The translations under genes were made by a program, and so were the position numbers. A stretch of 64,000 nucleotides of DNA from an uncultured virus (IMG/VR IMGVR_UViG_3300001605_000010) (Duplodnaviria > Heunggongvirae > Uroviricota > Caudoviricetes). Where the stretch lies: the IMG/VR virus record IMGVR_UViG_3300001605_000010, positions 1-64,000 of that record. One strand, 5' to 3'. Under the pieces are notes generated by a model, which saw only the letters and a list, made by a program, of their open reading frames with translations, did no database searches and was not told where the DNA came from. Shown here piece after piece: positions 29,248 to 38,944 of this stretch (position 1 is the first letter of the stretch; each line of letters opens with the position of its first letter).

Positions 29248-29847
29248 TCAGTACTGCTCATTGTATTTTTTTACAATACTAGCATATAGAATCAAATCTT
29301 GTTCTAAAAAATTCTTGACAATTTGTTGAAAATTTTGATTATATGTTTTTTTGAGATCTTTTATTTTATCTCTAATAAGTTTTTCTTCGGGAACTACCAT
29401 ATTTTTATTGTCTTGTTCGGATACTATTATCCCAAGGTTGTGTTCTCTAAAAAAATCATTGGTAAAATCATTGCCGTTATAGATTTTATTTGTTCTTTCT
29501 ATTTTTAAATCCAACGGAATCCAATGTACAGGTTTTGAGAACAATGGCCCCATCATCATGCTAATACTACAAGTGTGTTCGTCGAATACCCCACTTACTA
29601 AAATTTTCCCCAACTCCGGACGATCAATATTGATACTATTGATACGAATATACATCGCTAGGCCCTTGGTGTGTCTTTCCAGAGGATCAGTTATGTGTCC
29701 AAAGATAGTCATATTATCTAAGTTAAATGTGTTTTCAAAGAGATTATGACGGGTCCATCCGTGCTTATGAAAAAATGCACCAAAAGTATTACTCCCATTC
29801 CTGGGTATGTTCAAGTATAGAAAATTGTCCTTGACATAACAAAACAT
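29248..29847 (-). CDS. Sulfotransferase-fold-like protein
   Basis: YLNIPRNGSN (5'-PSB-like) and ITDPLER (RDP-like); AT-rich. Confidence 0.45.
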   Translation of the reverse strand: MFCYVKDNFLYLNIPRNGSNTFGAFFHKHGWTRHNLFENTFNLDNMTIFGHITDPLERHTKGLAMYIRINSINIDRPELGKILVSGVFDEHTCSISMMMGPLFSKPVHWIPLDLKIERTNKIYNGNDFTNDFFREHNLGIIVSEQDNKNMVVPEEKLIRDKIKDLKKTYNQNFQQIVKNFLEQDLILYASIVKKYNEQY

Positions 29848-30104
29848 TATAAAGTTTTACCAACCGTGGTCAAGATATTTTCCAACAATTCGTGATCTTG
29901 TTGCTCTTTGCCAAATTCAGCCTTGTGCGCCAAGCGGATGGCTTTTTTCAAGATATTGGGTTTGATTTCTAATTCTTCGGCCACGGCCTTGATGGTGTCT
30001 GATAATCCACCATTGAGAGTTTCTACTTCGTGCATGACCTGCATGCCTTCGTTGATGATCTGGGTGAGCTTGAGTTTTTGCTCGGCGCTGAATGTTTTGT
30101 CCAT
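29847..30104 (-). CDS. T4 DsbA-like dsDNA-binding protein
   Basis: 85 aa, helical; DTIKAVAEELEIKPNILKKAIRLAHK. Confidence 0.6.
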   Translation of the reverse strand: MDKTFSAEQKLKLTQIINEGMQVMHEVETLNGGLSDTIKAVAEELEIKPNILKKAIRLAHKAEFGKEQQDHELLENILTTVGKTL

Positions 30105-30149
30105 GTGGATCTCCTTGTTGATTTATTTTATACGAATCGTCTAGAAAAG

Positions 30150-31445
30150 TCAATAGCGATAGCTGTCGGGTTTATACGGTCCGGTAACAGGCACTCCGAT
30201 ATAAGCAGCCTGTTCTGAGCTGAGTTCTGTGAGAACAGCACCAATTTTTTCAAGATGCAGCCTGGCTACTTCCTCATCCAAGTGTTTGGGCAAAAGATAT
30301 ATCTCGCCAGCAGCATACGCAGCATGATTTTGGAAGAGTTCGATCTGCGCCAGGACTTGATTTGTGAAAGAGTTTGACATCACATAACTGGGATGCCCGG
30401 TTGCACAGCCTAGGTTTACCAGACGACCACGAGCCAAGAGTATGATCCTTTTGCCGTTGGGCCAGATCACATGATCTACTTGAGGCTTGATCTCTTCCCA
30501 CTGCAAATCGTCCAGGCTGGCCACGTCAATCTCATTATCAAAGTGGCCGATGTTGCATACGATGGCTTGGTCTCGCATGAGATCCATATGTTCGCGAGTG
30601 ATCACATTGATGTTGCCGGTGGCCGTGACAAAAATATCGGCCTTGTCGGCGGCGTAATCCATGGTGACCACACGGTAGCCTTCCATGGCCGCCTGCAGTG
30701 CGCAGATTGGATCAGCTTCCGTGACCCAGACCTGGGCTGACAGCGCTCGCAATGCTGCTGCTGATCCTTTCCCCACGTCACCAAATCCCGCTACCACTGC
30801 GACCTTGCCGGCGATCATTACATCAGTGGCTCGTTTGATTCCATCCACCAGGCTTTCTCTACATCCGTACAAGTTGTCAAATTTCGACTTTGTGACAGAG
30901 TCGTTGACATTGATGGCTGGGAATGGCAACTGCCCCGCAGCGGCTTTTTCTTTTAGGCGATATATACCCGTGGTGGTCTCTTCTGCAACGCCTAGTATGT
31001 GCGGCACGAGATCGGGATAGCGAGTGATGATACGATCAGTGAGGTCATGTCCATCATCTAAGATCATGTTGGGTTGCCATCCGGTTAGAGTTTGGTCTAT
31101 ACACCACCAGTATTCTTCTTCGGTCTCGCCTTTCCAGGCATAAACTTCTACGCCGAAATCTACCAAGGCAGCCGCGGCATGATCTTGTGTGGAGAAAATA
31201 TTACAGGAGCTCCACTTGACTTGAGCACCCAAGGCGATCAGGGTTTTGACCAGCACAGCGGTTTGTATGGTCATGTGTAGGCTGCCCACGATGCGAGCAC
31301 CCTTCAAGGGCTGTTGATCTTGATAACGTTTTTTGATTTCCATCAAGCCAGGCATTTCACTTTCGGCTATGGCGATCTCCCGATGCCCCCAGCCTGCCAG
31401 TGATAAGTCGGCTACGCGATATTGTGTTTGATTTAGTGTGGTCAT
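30150..31445 (-). CDS. ahcY: S-adenosylhomocysteine hydrolase
   Basis: [48 protein letters not shown]. Confidence 0.97.
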   Translation of the reverse strand: MTTLNQTQYRVADLSLAGWGHREIAIAESEMPGLMEIKKRYQDQQPLKGARIVGSLHMTIQTAVLVKTLIALGAQVKWSSCNIFSTQDHAAAALVDFGVEVYAWKGETEEEYWWCIDQTLTGWQPNMILDDGHDLTDRIITRYPDLVPHILGVAEETTTGIYRLKEKAAAGQLPFPAINVNDSVTKSKFDNLYGCRESLVDGIKRATDVMIAGKVAVVAGFGDVGKGSAAALRALSAQVWVTEADPICALQAAMEGYRVVTMDYAADKADIFVTATGNINVITREHMDLMRDQAIVCNIGHFDNEIDVASLDDLQWEEIKPQVDHVIWPNGKRIILLARGRLVNLGCATGHPSYVMSNSFTNQVLAQIELFQNHAAYAAGEIYLLPKHLDEEVARLHLEKIGAVLTELSSEQAAYIGVPVTGPYKPDSYRY

Positions 31446-31451
31446 AGTAGG

Positions 31452-31480
31452 ATTATATATGGAAAAGCATCAACATGCAA
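31452..31480 (-). promoter_or_regulatory. Sigma70-type promoter giving a leaderless ahcY mRNA
   Basis: TTGCAT-17 nt-TATAAT-6 nt-ATG. Confidence 0.75.
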
Positions 31481-31489
31481 GAGATTTTT

Positions 31490-31566
31490 GCCCCTGTTCA
31501 AGCAAAAAGGTAGCGAGTCTTTTGCTTGGGCCGGGGCCGCCCACTCACCGTAACCTAACGGTCCTA
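31490..31566 (-). ncRNA. Candidate double-pseudoknot structured RNA
   Basis: Three hairpins plus two long-range pairings (GGTGAGT/ACTCGCT; GCCCC/GGGGC). Confidence 0.5.
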
Positions 31567-31809
31567 GGGTGAATTCTTCAATTGATGATATATTACTATA
31601 CGATCCAGCATGTCTTGCAACACCGGATCTGATTTGGCAGCACGATGTATGTCTCCCCAGAGTTTCTGATTCTGGAGTTCTTCTATCAGATCTTTTTTCT
31701 TTGGGCTTGTGCTGTGTAACTCTCGGGAGTCAGAGCCGGTCTTCCGGCGATAGATGGTGTCTCCTCCGTCGGGGGTTTCGTACACATAGATTTCTGTTTG
31801 ATCAGTCAC
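31564..31809 (-). CDS. Hypothetical phage protein
   Basis: YVYETPDGGDTIYRR motif. Confidence 0.7.
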   Translation of the reverse strand: MTDQTEIYVYETPDGGDTIYRRKTGSDSRELHSTSPKKKDLIEELQNQKLWGDIHRAAKSDPVLQDMLDRIVIYHQLKNSP

Positions 31810-31888
31810 AGATGTATTTTAATACACGGTGCGTAGGGATTCCTAGGCAGATCGGTTTGATCGTCTTCGGGCCAGACAGGATAATCGT

Positions 31889-32173
31889 TCATTTTCCTGC
31901 TGCGGCCAGGGCCGCACCTTTGTTGAAACTGGGACTCCATGACATGGGATTTTTTCTCTTGCGGATCCACCACTCATAACCTGCACGATGTCCAGAGCAG
32001 TCTTTGGTACATTCGCTACCTTTGAATGTGAGTTCGTCCAGTTGTTCTTCTTCAGTGGTTTTTTCACGACCTTGACAATGAGCACGCTGGCTGAAACCAC
32101 GAGGACGTTTGCAGTTGATCGAACTCTTGTACTTTTCCGACCATTTTTCTGAAACGAATTCCTGTGCTCTCAT
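31889..32173 (-). CDS. Putative internal head protein with CTS-like tag
   Basis: MRAQEFVSE then KWSEKYKSSINC..GFSQRAHC and CTKDCSGHRAGYEW modules. Confidence 0.7.
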   Translation of the reverse strand: MRAQEFVSEKWSEKYKSSINCKRPRGFSQRAHCQGREKTTEEEQLDELTFKGSECTKDCSGHRAGYEWWIRKRKNPMSWSPSFNKGAALAAAGK

Positions 32174-32856
32174 GCCACGATTTTTTCATCAGCACCTTGA
32201 CGTTGTACCCGAACACCATGTCCTGATTTCCCGGATTCGTTGGTGGCACCTTTTTTGCCAGGCACGCAGTTGGGAACTTCGCGACCATTTTTTTTCTTGG
32301 TTCCCACCATGTGATATCCTTTCCAGCAAGGATCTTCCGAAGCGTCGATTTTTCCCGGAGTCTTATCAGCTTCGGCCAGCTCGCGCTGCTTCTTGAGATT
32401 TGCTAGGATTTTTTCCAAGCGCTCGATGTCGGCTTCTTCTTGATCATTTTCCGTGTCCAGCCTACCGATGTCACGACGGTCCTGTCCTTGCTGGGTACGA
32501 AAGTCCAAGATCAGAGCTTCAAGATCGTTTTCGGCCTGTGGATGTCGAGCTCGCAGCATTTTCAATATACGCTCGATACGGGGGTTGGTACCTTTCTTTT
32601 GATCAGCGGTTTCACGAACAATGGGTTCCACACGTCCTTGCACTGCGCGAGCATGCTCTTCTGCGGAGCGTTGATCCAGGAAGTCCCGTGGACGCTCTCC
32701 CGGAACATTGGGAATCACGCGGAATCTATAGGCACCCTGGGGGCGTTCTTTTTCCACATCCTTCATGGTCAATGCGCGATTGCGCATGGCAGGAGGAAGA
32801 TCGCTGGCTCGTATGTGTGGAGGAATGGATGCTTCAAAAAGGTCATCTAGGATCAT
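32170..32856 (-). CDS. Putative internal head protein
   Basis: MILDDLFE; C-terminal DPCWKGY..VG.KKKNGREVPNCVP module. Confidence 0.7.
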   Translation of the reverse strand: MILDDLFEASIPPHIRASDLPPAMRNRALTMKDVEKERPQGAYRFRVIPNVPGERPRDFLDQRSAEEHARAVQGRVEPIVRETADQKKGTNPRIERILKMLRARHPQAENDLEALILDFRTQQGQDRRDIGRLDTENDQEEADIERLEKILANLKKQRELAEADKTPGKIDASEDPCWKGYHMVGTKKKNGREVPNCVPGKKGATNESGKSGHGVRVQRQGADEKIVA

Positions 32857-32857
32857 G

Positions 32858-34192
32858 TTATTGTTTCTCTTCTATATAGTCAGCTGACTCTGCGGCAGAT
32901 CGACGACGTGCGCAGAACATTTCCACGGCCATCACGGCTTCGTCTAGGTTGGAAAACTTGCTGTTTGATTTGTTGTTCTTGATCGAGATGCGGAAGCCAT
33001 CATCTTCGTTGCCCAGGATCTTGATCTCGTGCCCGTCGTCTGTTTTTATAGTTTTCACTGCACGTATCTGATCCACGCTGTCGGGCAGTTTATCCAACAA
33101 GTCAGGATCTTTCTTGATGGCAGTGGCCACGTCTTGGATGTAATCACCCAGCCGGGCTTTGACTGCGCTGAGTATGTCTTCGGTGGCGGCTTCTTTGCCT
33201 TCCGAGACACCTTGTTCGCTCACCAATCCTCGGTTGATGTCCAGGCTGGTGATCCTTACGGGGATGACCAAGTCTGGGGTCTTGCCACGGGTATACTGGA
33301 AACTCTTCATGGGCTGGTCGAAACTTACCAACCCGAGACCATGTACCTTGGGATTCCAATCTCCGTCTTCGATATCTCGCAGTTGCCCTTCTAGATACTG
33401 GATCTCATCATTCTCCCACTGTCGAGGATCAATGGGAAACACAATATTCACAGTGTATTGTTTGAGTATAGCACGTTGGCTGCGATCATTTTCGATCACT
33501 CTAGGCTCTCCCAAGACCATGCGGCGGAATGGTTGACCGTCGATGGTGATTCGATTCAGTGCAGGCTCTATGTGCTTAGGCCAGAAAGTGTTTTCCCAAG
33601 CCTGTTTGATTTTCCGCTGCAGGCTGTCTCTGGTAAACTCTTTGGCGGCACCCTTTATGGTGTCCATGAAGCCTTCCTCTACATCTTGCTCATCTTCTTC
33701 ATCGCCACCACGACCGTCTCTGCGAGCACGATCAGCCATAGTCATACCATCGTCGTCGATCTCTTCTTCATCGTCATCGCGGCCATCTTGTTCGGCAAAA
33801 GGCCTGCGGCGATCCATCTCTTCTCTGCTGCCTTTGCGGTCACGCAAGATATCTCCAATCATGCGTATCATATCCTGTATCTCTGATGCAAGCACTGGTC
33901 CTTCGTCTACCACGTCTTCGATGGCCTGCATGAGTTCTTCTGTACCATACTTGACGATCCACTCAGGGTGCTGGTTGATAATACTGATGTGTACCGCACG
34001 GGCCATGGGATTTTCGTGATTGTAACGATCTTCACCCACCATGTATCCCCGTGTGGCATTTCGACCAGGATATGGGCCATCTAGTTGTGGTGATGTCTGT
34101 GCGGGTCGAAACAGCGCAGGCAATTGTTTCACCGAACGCTGTGCAGCATCCAGGCTTTCTAGGATCTGATATATGTCGCGATCTGAGCTCAT
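32858..34192 (-). CDS. Acidic multi-module hypothetical protein (putative head-associated)
   Basis: Start MSSDRDIYQILE at an ATGA overlap with dps; acidic linkers. Confidence 0.7.
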   Translation of the reverse strand: MSSDRDIYQILESLDAAQRSVKQLPALFRPAQTSPQLDGPYPGRNATRGYMVGEDRYNHENPMARAVHISIINQHPEWIVKYGTEELMQAIEDVVDEGPVLASEIQDMIRMIGDILRDRKGSREEMDRRRPFAEQDGRDDDEEEIDDDGMTMADRARRDGRGGDEEDEQDVEEGFMDTIKGAAKEFTRDSLQRKIKQAWENTFWPKHIEPALNRITIDGQPFRRMVLGEPRVIENDRSQRAILKQYTVNIVFPIDPRQWENDEIQYLEGQLRDIEDGDWNPKVHGLGLVSFDQPMKSFQYTRGKTPDLVIPVRITSLDINRGLVSEQGVSEGKEAATEDILSAVKARLGDYIQDVATAIKKDPDLLDKLPDSVDQIRAVKTIKTDDGHEIKILGNEDDGFRISIKNNKSNSKFSNLDEAVMAVEMFCARRRSAAESADYIEEKQ

Positions 34193-34629
34193 TCTCTTGC
34201 TTCCTTGAGATAAGATCTCATCTGCCAGGCCCACTTGCCATGTTGCTCTTGGCGTTCGGCAGCAAAGTTAGAGATGTCTTCGCGGCCTTCGACCTGCGCA
34301 GATTGGAACAGGGTCTTTGACAGATCGATCATGGTCTGTGTATCAGCCAAGAGTTCTGTGAGCATGAGCCGGGCACGGGGGATCTTGATCTGTCCGGTGA
34401 TCAGGCTCAGCTCTTGGAAGCGCTCTAAACTGCCGGGAGCATATTCGTCTAAAGTGCGGATGAATTCAGCTGTTTTGTCTATGCTGTCCTGGGTGTCTTC
34501 ATACACCGCAGAAAAGAAATCGTGCAGCTCGCCAAAGTTAGAACCTTCCACGTTCCAGTGGAAGCCCCAGGCCTTGGTAAAGTAAGCATAGCTTGAGCCT
34601 AAAAAAGTTTTCAAATCATCCGCGAGCAT
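34189..34629 (-). CDS. dps: Dps/ferritin-like protein
   Basis: GFHWNVEGSNFGELH, D..AE, HGKWAWQMRS. Confidence 0.9.
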   Translation of the reverse strand: MLADDLKTFLGSSYAYFTKAWGFHWNVEGSNFGELHDFFSAVYEDTQDSIDKTAEFIRTLDEYAPGSLERFQELSLITGQIKIPRARLMLTELLADTQTMIDLSKTLFQSAQVEGREDISNFAAERQEQHGKWAWQMRSYLKEARE

Positions 34630-34783
34630 GTTGTTTCTTTCTTTGATTCAGCGCCGGGGCACCGTTAGAGTATTTAGCAGGTTTTTGAGATACCGTGCGT
34701 GAGATCACTCCGCCTAAAGGTTGACTCACAGTGGCGATGTTGCCCGATACTGTGTTTTCTCTGATAAACTCTTGGGCTCTCAT
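34616..34783 (-). CDS. Small protein with CTS-like tag
   Basis: MRAQEFIRE-NTVSGNIATV. Confidence 0.6.
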   Translation of the reverse strand: MRAQEFIRENTVSGNIATVSQPLGGVISRTVSQKPAKYSNGAPALNQRKKQHARG

Positions 34784-35070
34784 TCTCTGATTTCCAGGGT
34801 GTCGGTCCTGATCCACTGGCCTGGGCCGTATGCTACCCTATGATTGCTGGCGCGGAAATGTGCTAGACTAGGCCCCACGGATTCTACTCTGATATGATAT
34901 TGTCCCGGTGGTGCTNNAATCTGCAACATCTCTTCTAGATAACTGTCGGTCCAGCGCCAGGTGCGTTCAGCGAACAGTTCGTCATTGACATATACGCGAT
35001 ATACCGGGGGGAGACCCTCCCAGTCGCAATCAAGGTTGAACACAGCTTTGACGAACACATTATCGCTCAT
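34780..35070 (-). CDS. Hypothetical protein
   Basis: PVYRVYVNDELFAERTW; TAAATA 4 nt upstream. Confidence 0.7.
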   Translation of the reverse strand: MSDNVFVKAVFNLDCDWEGLPPVYRVYVNDELFAERTWRWTDSYLEEMLQIXAPPGQYHIRVESVGPSLAHFRASNHRVAYGPGQWIRTDTLEIRE

Positions 35071-35088
35071 GCTGTATTTAGTGCGTAG

Positions 35089-35295
35089 TTATTTGGATTT
35101 TTTCCGGCCGCTCTTCATGTTGGCGCACCAATGATACATTTTACCACGTTCACCACTATATTTTTTGGCACGAGCACGCAGATCAGACACCGATCCTTTG
35201 CACGAAGCTCCGCTGCGCTTGACACGGCCTGGGCGGCTCTTGCCTTTGATCTTGCCATCGGCGAAGTTTTCATTGATGAATTCAGCGGCTCTCAC
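35089..35295 (-). CDS. Small basic protein with CTS-like tag
   Basis: MRAAEFINE-NFADGK...WCANMKSG. Confidence 0.7.
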   Translation of the reverse strand: MRAAEFINENFADGKIKGKSRPGRVKRSGASCKGSVSDLRARAKKYSGERGKMYHWCANMKSGRKKSK

Positions 35296-36044
35296 TTTAG
35301 TTCCCGGGGCTGTCCCACGATGACGTTGCGATCACCGTACTGCTGGCGTATCAAACGCCGGGCCATCTCAGGGTTACGTGCCTGTACCGTGGTGTCGATG
35401 ATGTTTTTGTAACCGGGTTGTTTGAGCTGTACTTTGGCAGTGTAGGTGCGCAGTGCTGTGCCTTTGGCTTCGGTCACGGCCGCCGTGGTACCGTAGATTT
35501 TTTCCAGCTGTTCAATGGTAGCATCTACGTTGTTGTCGCGGTGCAGGATACCAATACCACCAGCATCTCGCCAGGCCTGCACGTACTTCTTGAAATCATC
35601 TACCAAGACATTGGGCTGTCCCCCGCGAGTGGCCAAGCGTGCTTTGTCCGAAGTGAATATGGGATCACTAGCACCCTGGGGGTTGTGTGTTTTTAACCAG
35701 ATCCGTTTGCCCGCGATGCTGGCCGCTTCGTTGTTGCGTAAGGGTGCGGAAAGCACAGTGAACGGGATACGATTGCTGACCACCCACTGATACAATTTTG
35801 CCCATGAAGGCAAGGGTTCTAGATTGGCAAAAAACTCCTGGATGAACTCAGGTCCTTCGGTGTTGAGCTCGGTAATGCTTTGTTCGCGTTGCTCTTTCGA
35901 CCCAATATCTTTGTATCTCTGGATACCAGGATCGTTGAATTTTTGACCATGCCACTGTGCCCAGGCTGTAAAAAAGTCAGCTTGTACACCATCTTGATCC
36001 AGATACAAATGAGGTTTTTTATTGGAAAATTCTTCAGCACGCAT
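35292..36044 (-). CDS. HAD-family 5'(3')-nucleotidase-like protein with CTS-like tag
   Basis: MRAEEF; LYLDQDGVQADF, LSAP, GKRIWL, LVDD, GGIGILH. Confidence 0.8.
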   Translation of the reverse strand: MRAEEFSNKKPHLYLDQDGVQADFFTAWAQWHGQKFNDPGIQRYKDIGSKEQREQSITELNTEGPEFIQEFFANLEPLPSWAKLYQWVVSNRIPFTVLSAPLRNNEAASIAGKRIWLKTHNPQGASDPIFTSDKARLATRGGQPNVLVDDFKKYVQAWRDAGGIGILHRDNNVDATIEQLEKIYGTTAAVTEAKGTALRTYTAKVQLKQPGYKNIIDTTVQARNPEMARRLIRQQYGDRNVIVGQPRELK

Positions 36045-36060
36045 GTTAATATTTACCGAT

Positions 36061-36127
36061 TATAAATAAAGGTGCCGGTCGCGATGTTAGAGCATCCACC
36101 AGCTCTATATCTGTAAGGAGATACAGC
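36061..36127 (+). promoter_or_regulatory. T4-type late promoter and hairpin leader of the endonuclease gene
   Basis: TATAAATA; CTGTA-AGGAGA-TACAG hairpin around the RBS. Confidence 0.65.
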
Positions 36128-36808
36128 ATGATTACTTATCTATACATCAAACGCCATAAAATCACTGGCCTAAAATACTTTGGTAAAACTACTAATTCTG
36201 ATCCATACAAGTATACTGGATCTGGACTTTATTGGTCAGCTCATTTAGAAAAACATGGGTATGACATTGAAACTCTGAATGTTTGGGAATTTACTGACAT
36301 CAATGAGTGCGAGAGATTTGCCACGGAGTTTAGTCGTAATCACAGAATAACAGAATCTTCAGACTGGGCGAATCTTAAAGATGAAAACGGTAAAGATGGT
36401 GGATTTTTGGGGTATAGATGGTATAGTAATGGTGCTGAAGATCGTCTTTGTTTAAAATCTCCCGGAAAAGAATGGAAGCCCGGAAGATTGAATCAACTTC
36501 CTATTACCAAAGGTTATCGTTGGTATAACAACGGAAAAATTAATATATCAACTGCTGATAAACCAGACGGGGATGAATGGCAGGAAGGTATGCTACCTAA
36601 AAACATACCCTCATTACAAGATAAAACGCACAATTTTTTTCGTCCAGAACATCGAGAATTATTAAAAGCAAGAACTCGTGAATTATTAGAAAAAGGACAG
36701 CATTCTACTCAACAATGTTGGGTATGTGAAACTTGTGGAAAATTTGGCAAGGGATTATCAAACTATAGTCGCTGGCATGGAAAAAACTGTCGTAAAACGT
36801 ATTATTGA
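36128..36808 (+). CDS. Free-standing GIY-YIG-type homing endonuclease
   Basis: YLYIK.H..TGLKYFGKT, YTGSG, repeated RWY(S/N)NG modules, C-terminal CxxC; AT-rich, opposite strand. Confidence 0.75.
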   Translation: MITYLYIKRHKITGLKYFGKTTNSDPYKYTGSGLYWSAHLEKHGYDIETLNVWEFTDINECERFATEFSRNHRITESSDWANLKDENGKDGGFLGYRWYSNGAEDRLCLKSPGKEWKPGRLNQLPITKGYRWYNNGKINISTADKPDGDEWQEGMLPKNIPSLQDKTHNFFRPEHRELLKARTRELLEKGQHSTQQCWVCETCGKFGKGLSNYSRWHGKNCRKTYY

Positions 36809-37017
36809 TCTTTTCCGTTTCGGCCATATCGCATGTTCAAGAATTTTTTGCCCACTTCTGACCCGCCCACTACAGAAAGATAAACCAGCAGCAATTCCCA
36901 GTTAGTGGCCGAAGCATAGCGTATTATAACATAAGTTGCCACGGCATAGGCCACGTTGGTCCAAAACTTGCTGACCGAAAAGTTACCATTGGGGTCTCTG
37001 CAGAAATTCATTGACAT
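36802..37017 (-). CDS. Small two-TM membrane protein (holin-like)
   Basis: SVSKFWTNVAY..., two hydrophobic segments. Confidence 0.55.
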   Translation of the reverse strand: MSMNFCRDPNGNFSVSKFWTNVAYAVATYVIIRYASATNWELLLVYLSVVGGSEVGKKFLNMRYGRNGKDQ

Positions 37018-37074
37018 AGTGGAGTATTTATGGGCATAGCCCTATAAATATTTCTACAATAACAAGGAGCTAAC

Positions 37075-37380
37075 ATGGGCGAAAATACACAAAAGACCCC
37101 AGAAGATTGGATGAACAAAAAGTGGCGTCCCGCCATGGGTTGGATGTATTTCGTGGTGTGTATCACTGACTTTATCATTTTTCCCGTGTTATGGGCTTCA
37201 TTCTATTCTAACCTAGGCACAAACATACAGCCCTGGGATCCATTGACACTCAAGGGTGGTGGACTTTTCCATGTGGCCATGGGTGCTGTGCTGGGCATCG
37301 CTGCATGGAGTCGTGGTAGAGAAAAAATAGCAGGAGTGGCCGGAGAAAATTCTACTCATACTGACAAACAACAATATTGA
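37075..37380 (+). CDS. Putative holin (3TM/GTA holin-like)
   Basis: KWRPAMGWMY...GAVLGIAAWSRGREK; TATAAATA and AAGGAG upstream. Confidence 0.7.
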   Translation: MGENTQKTPEDWMNKKWRPAMGWMYFVVCITDFIIFPVLWASFYSNLGTNIQPWDPLTLKGGGLFHVAMGAVLGIAAWSRGREKIAGVAGENSTHTDKQQY

Positions 37381-37403
37381 TATATCAGACAGTATGCGGT
37401 ATT

Positions 37404-37583
37404 TTATAAAGTAGCGCTGGTTCGTACGTCCAAGGGGTATTGTTCCCGGCACATAGGGCATGCACATTCCGTGCAATCACAATCGTCAGTCATGCAACTG
37501 TGACCGCAATGCGCATAGCAACCGCAGCGACACCGGCTTTTTAATCTCTGATATGCTTCTGCGTCGTCAATGTAGTTTTCCAT
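37404..37583 (-). CDS. Small Cys-rich metallothionein-like protein
   Basis: CRCGCYAHCGHSCMTDDCDCTECACPMC. Confidence 0.5.
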   Translation of the reverse strand: MENYIDDAEAYQRLKSRCRCGCYAHCGHSCMTDDCDCTECACPMCREQYPLDVRTSATL

Positions 37584-37682
37584 GATCATCCTCTGTATCG
37601 CTGATTATTATATTTGTCCAGCTCCTGGGCGATCGAGTATTTAAGTATCGGGAATGTATGATTAATGCACTGAGTTAATGCA

Positions 37683-37916
37683 TCATGGGATTGGTACCAT
37701 GCTTAGGATTTTAACACATTGGCCTAGAAGGATTTTCTGCTCTTGCTCGTTGGCTTCCTGTGCTATCACTGCTGTTCGCACTAGATCGGCCAAGAGCTGA
37801 TCTCGTTCGTCTTCACTGATCTCGCCGGAATCAAAGTAACTGTTGATCTCAGCGGCTCGACGATTTAAGTTGCTATGGTCTTGGTGGTTGGGTAGTATGG
37901 TGCTGAGTATTGACAC
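37683..37916 (-). CDS. Hypothetical protein
   Basis: GTG start after AAGGAG. Confidence 0.6.
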   Translation of the reverse strand: MSILSTILPNHQDHSNLNRRAAEINSYFDSGEISEDERDQLLADLVRTAVIAQEANEQEQKILLGQCVKILSMVPIP

Positions 37917-37926
37917 AATAATCTCC

Positions 37927-38298
37927 TTATCGGGGTCTACGGGCCGTGGTGGCCAGCATGATGTCAAGTTGATCGTGCAGGTTACGCACTTTGATCCTGC
38001 AGAATATCAAGGAAGGATCGGCACGATCATAAGCATCACTGAATTCTTTTATTCCGGCCTGATACACTGATAACATTTTAACAGTGTTTGAATTGTTGGG
38101 CAAGTGCTGACTGTAGATTTTCAACCATTGGGTGTGACTCTCTACTGACTTCACCATCTGTCTGGCATCACTCTCGTCCCGGCAACGATCTTCTCTCAAC
38201 TCATGTCGCATGTCTACCAGTCGGGCATATTCATTGTTGTCAAAGGTAGCGCAGGCTGTTAGTAAAAAAGGCAATACCAGTATCGCCAAGCGGTTCAC
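37927..38298 (-). CDS. Putative lipoprotein
   Basis: Signal peptide with lipobox LTAC. Confidence 0.65.
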   Translation of the reverse strand: MNRLAILVLPFLLTACATFDNNEYARLVDMRHELREDRCRDESDARQMVKSVESHTQWLKIYSQHLPNNSNTVKMLSVYQAGIKEFSDAYDRADPSLIFCRIKVRNLHDQLDIMLATTARRPR

Positions 38299-38299
38299 G

Positions 38300-38944
38300 T
38301 CAGACCACCCAAGGATCCGAGATCACTGGAGTACCGTCTGCTCTCTGCATGATATTGTCACTGTGTAGATCCCAGGAATATCCCCTTTGCCTACCGATCC
38401 TGGCCAATTCGGCCATGGTCTGATATAGTTTTTTTATGCGCTGCATGCTTGCAGGATCAGCAGTCAGTTTTTTCCACGATTTGAGGCTGATGGGGCCGTA
38501 GGGATCATCCGATATGTCATCCGCGAATTTTTCCCAGGGAACCTGTGCTGCATAATCTGCCATCTCCTCGAAGAAATATTCAAATTTTCCACGGATAGGA
38601 GATAGTTTTTCGGTTTTTATTTGTAGATAAAGACATTCATCATCGTACGTGTTAAACACAAAAGTCTCCCAGCCATAGATCCTGGGGAGATAGGGATTGT
38701 CCTGATTTTTAGCACAGTAATTGGCCCAAAATCTAAACATCTTCTGATCTTCACTGAGAGCGGGTGTGCCACCGTTGTCATCGCATTGTGTGCCAAAGAT
38801 CTTGAGCACATGGCCGGTACCGGGTTCTAGAAAAGCCATCTGATCCACTCCCTGGCCCAGTAAACGATAACCACGTTTTTTGAGATATTTCTCGATGCCT
38901 GGAGAAATGTCGCTGTATTCTGTGACGAAGTCTTTGGCTCTCAT
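38300..38944 (-). CDS. Protein-kinase-like fold enzyme with CTS-like tag
   Basis: MRAKDFVTE; LGQGVDQ, VLKI, DLHSDNIM, ISDP. Confidence 0.75.
   Translation of the reverse strand: MRAKDFVTEYSDISPGIEKYLKKRGYRLLGQGVDQMAFLEPGTGHVLKIFGTQCDDNGGTPALSEDQKMFRFWANYCAKNQDNPYLPRIYGWETFVFNTYDDECLYLQIKTEKLSPIRGKFEYFFEEMADYAAQVPWEKFADDISDDPYGPISLKSWKKLTADPASMQRIKKLYQTMAELARIGRQRGYSWDLHSDNIMQRADGTPVISDPWVV

Noticed and set aside
31446..31566. SAH riboswitch upstream of ahcY
   Set aside because: Lacks the GAGGAGCG/CCAGGCUC consensus and lies upstream of the ahcY promoter; kept only as an unknown RNA.
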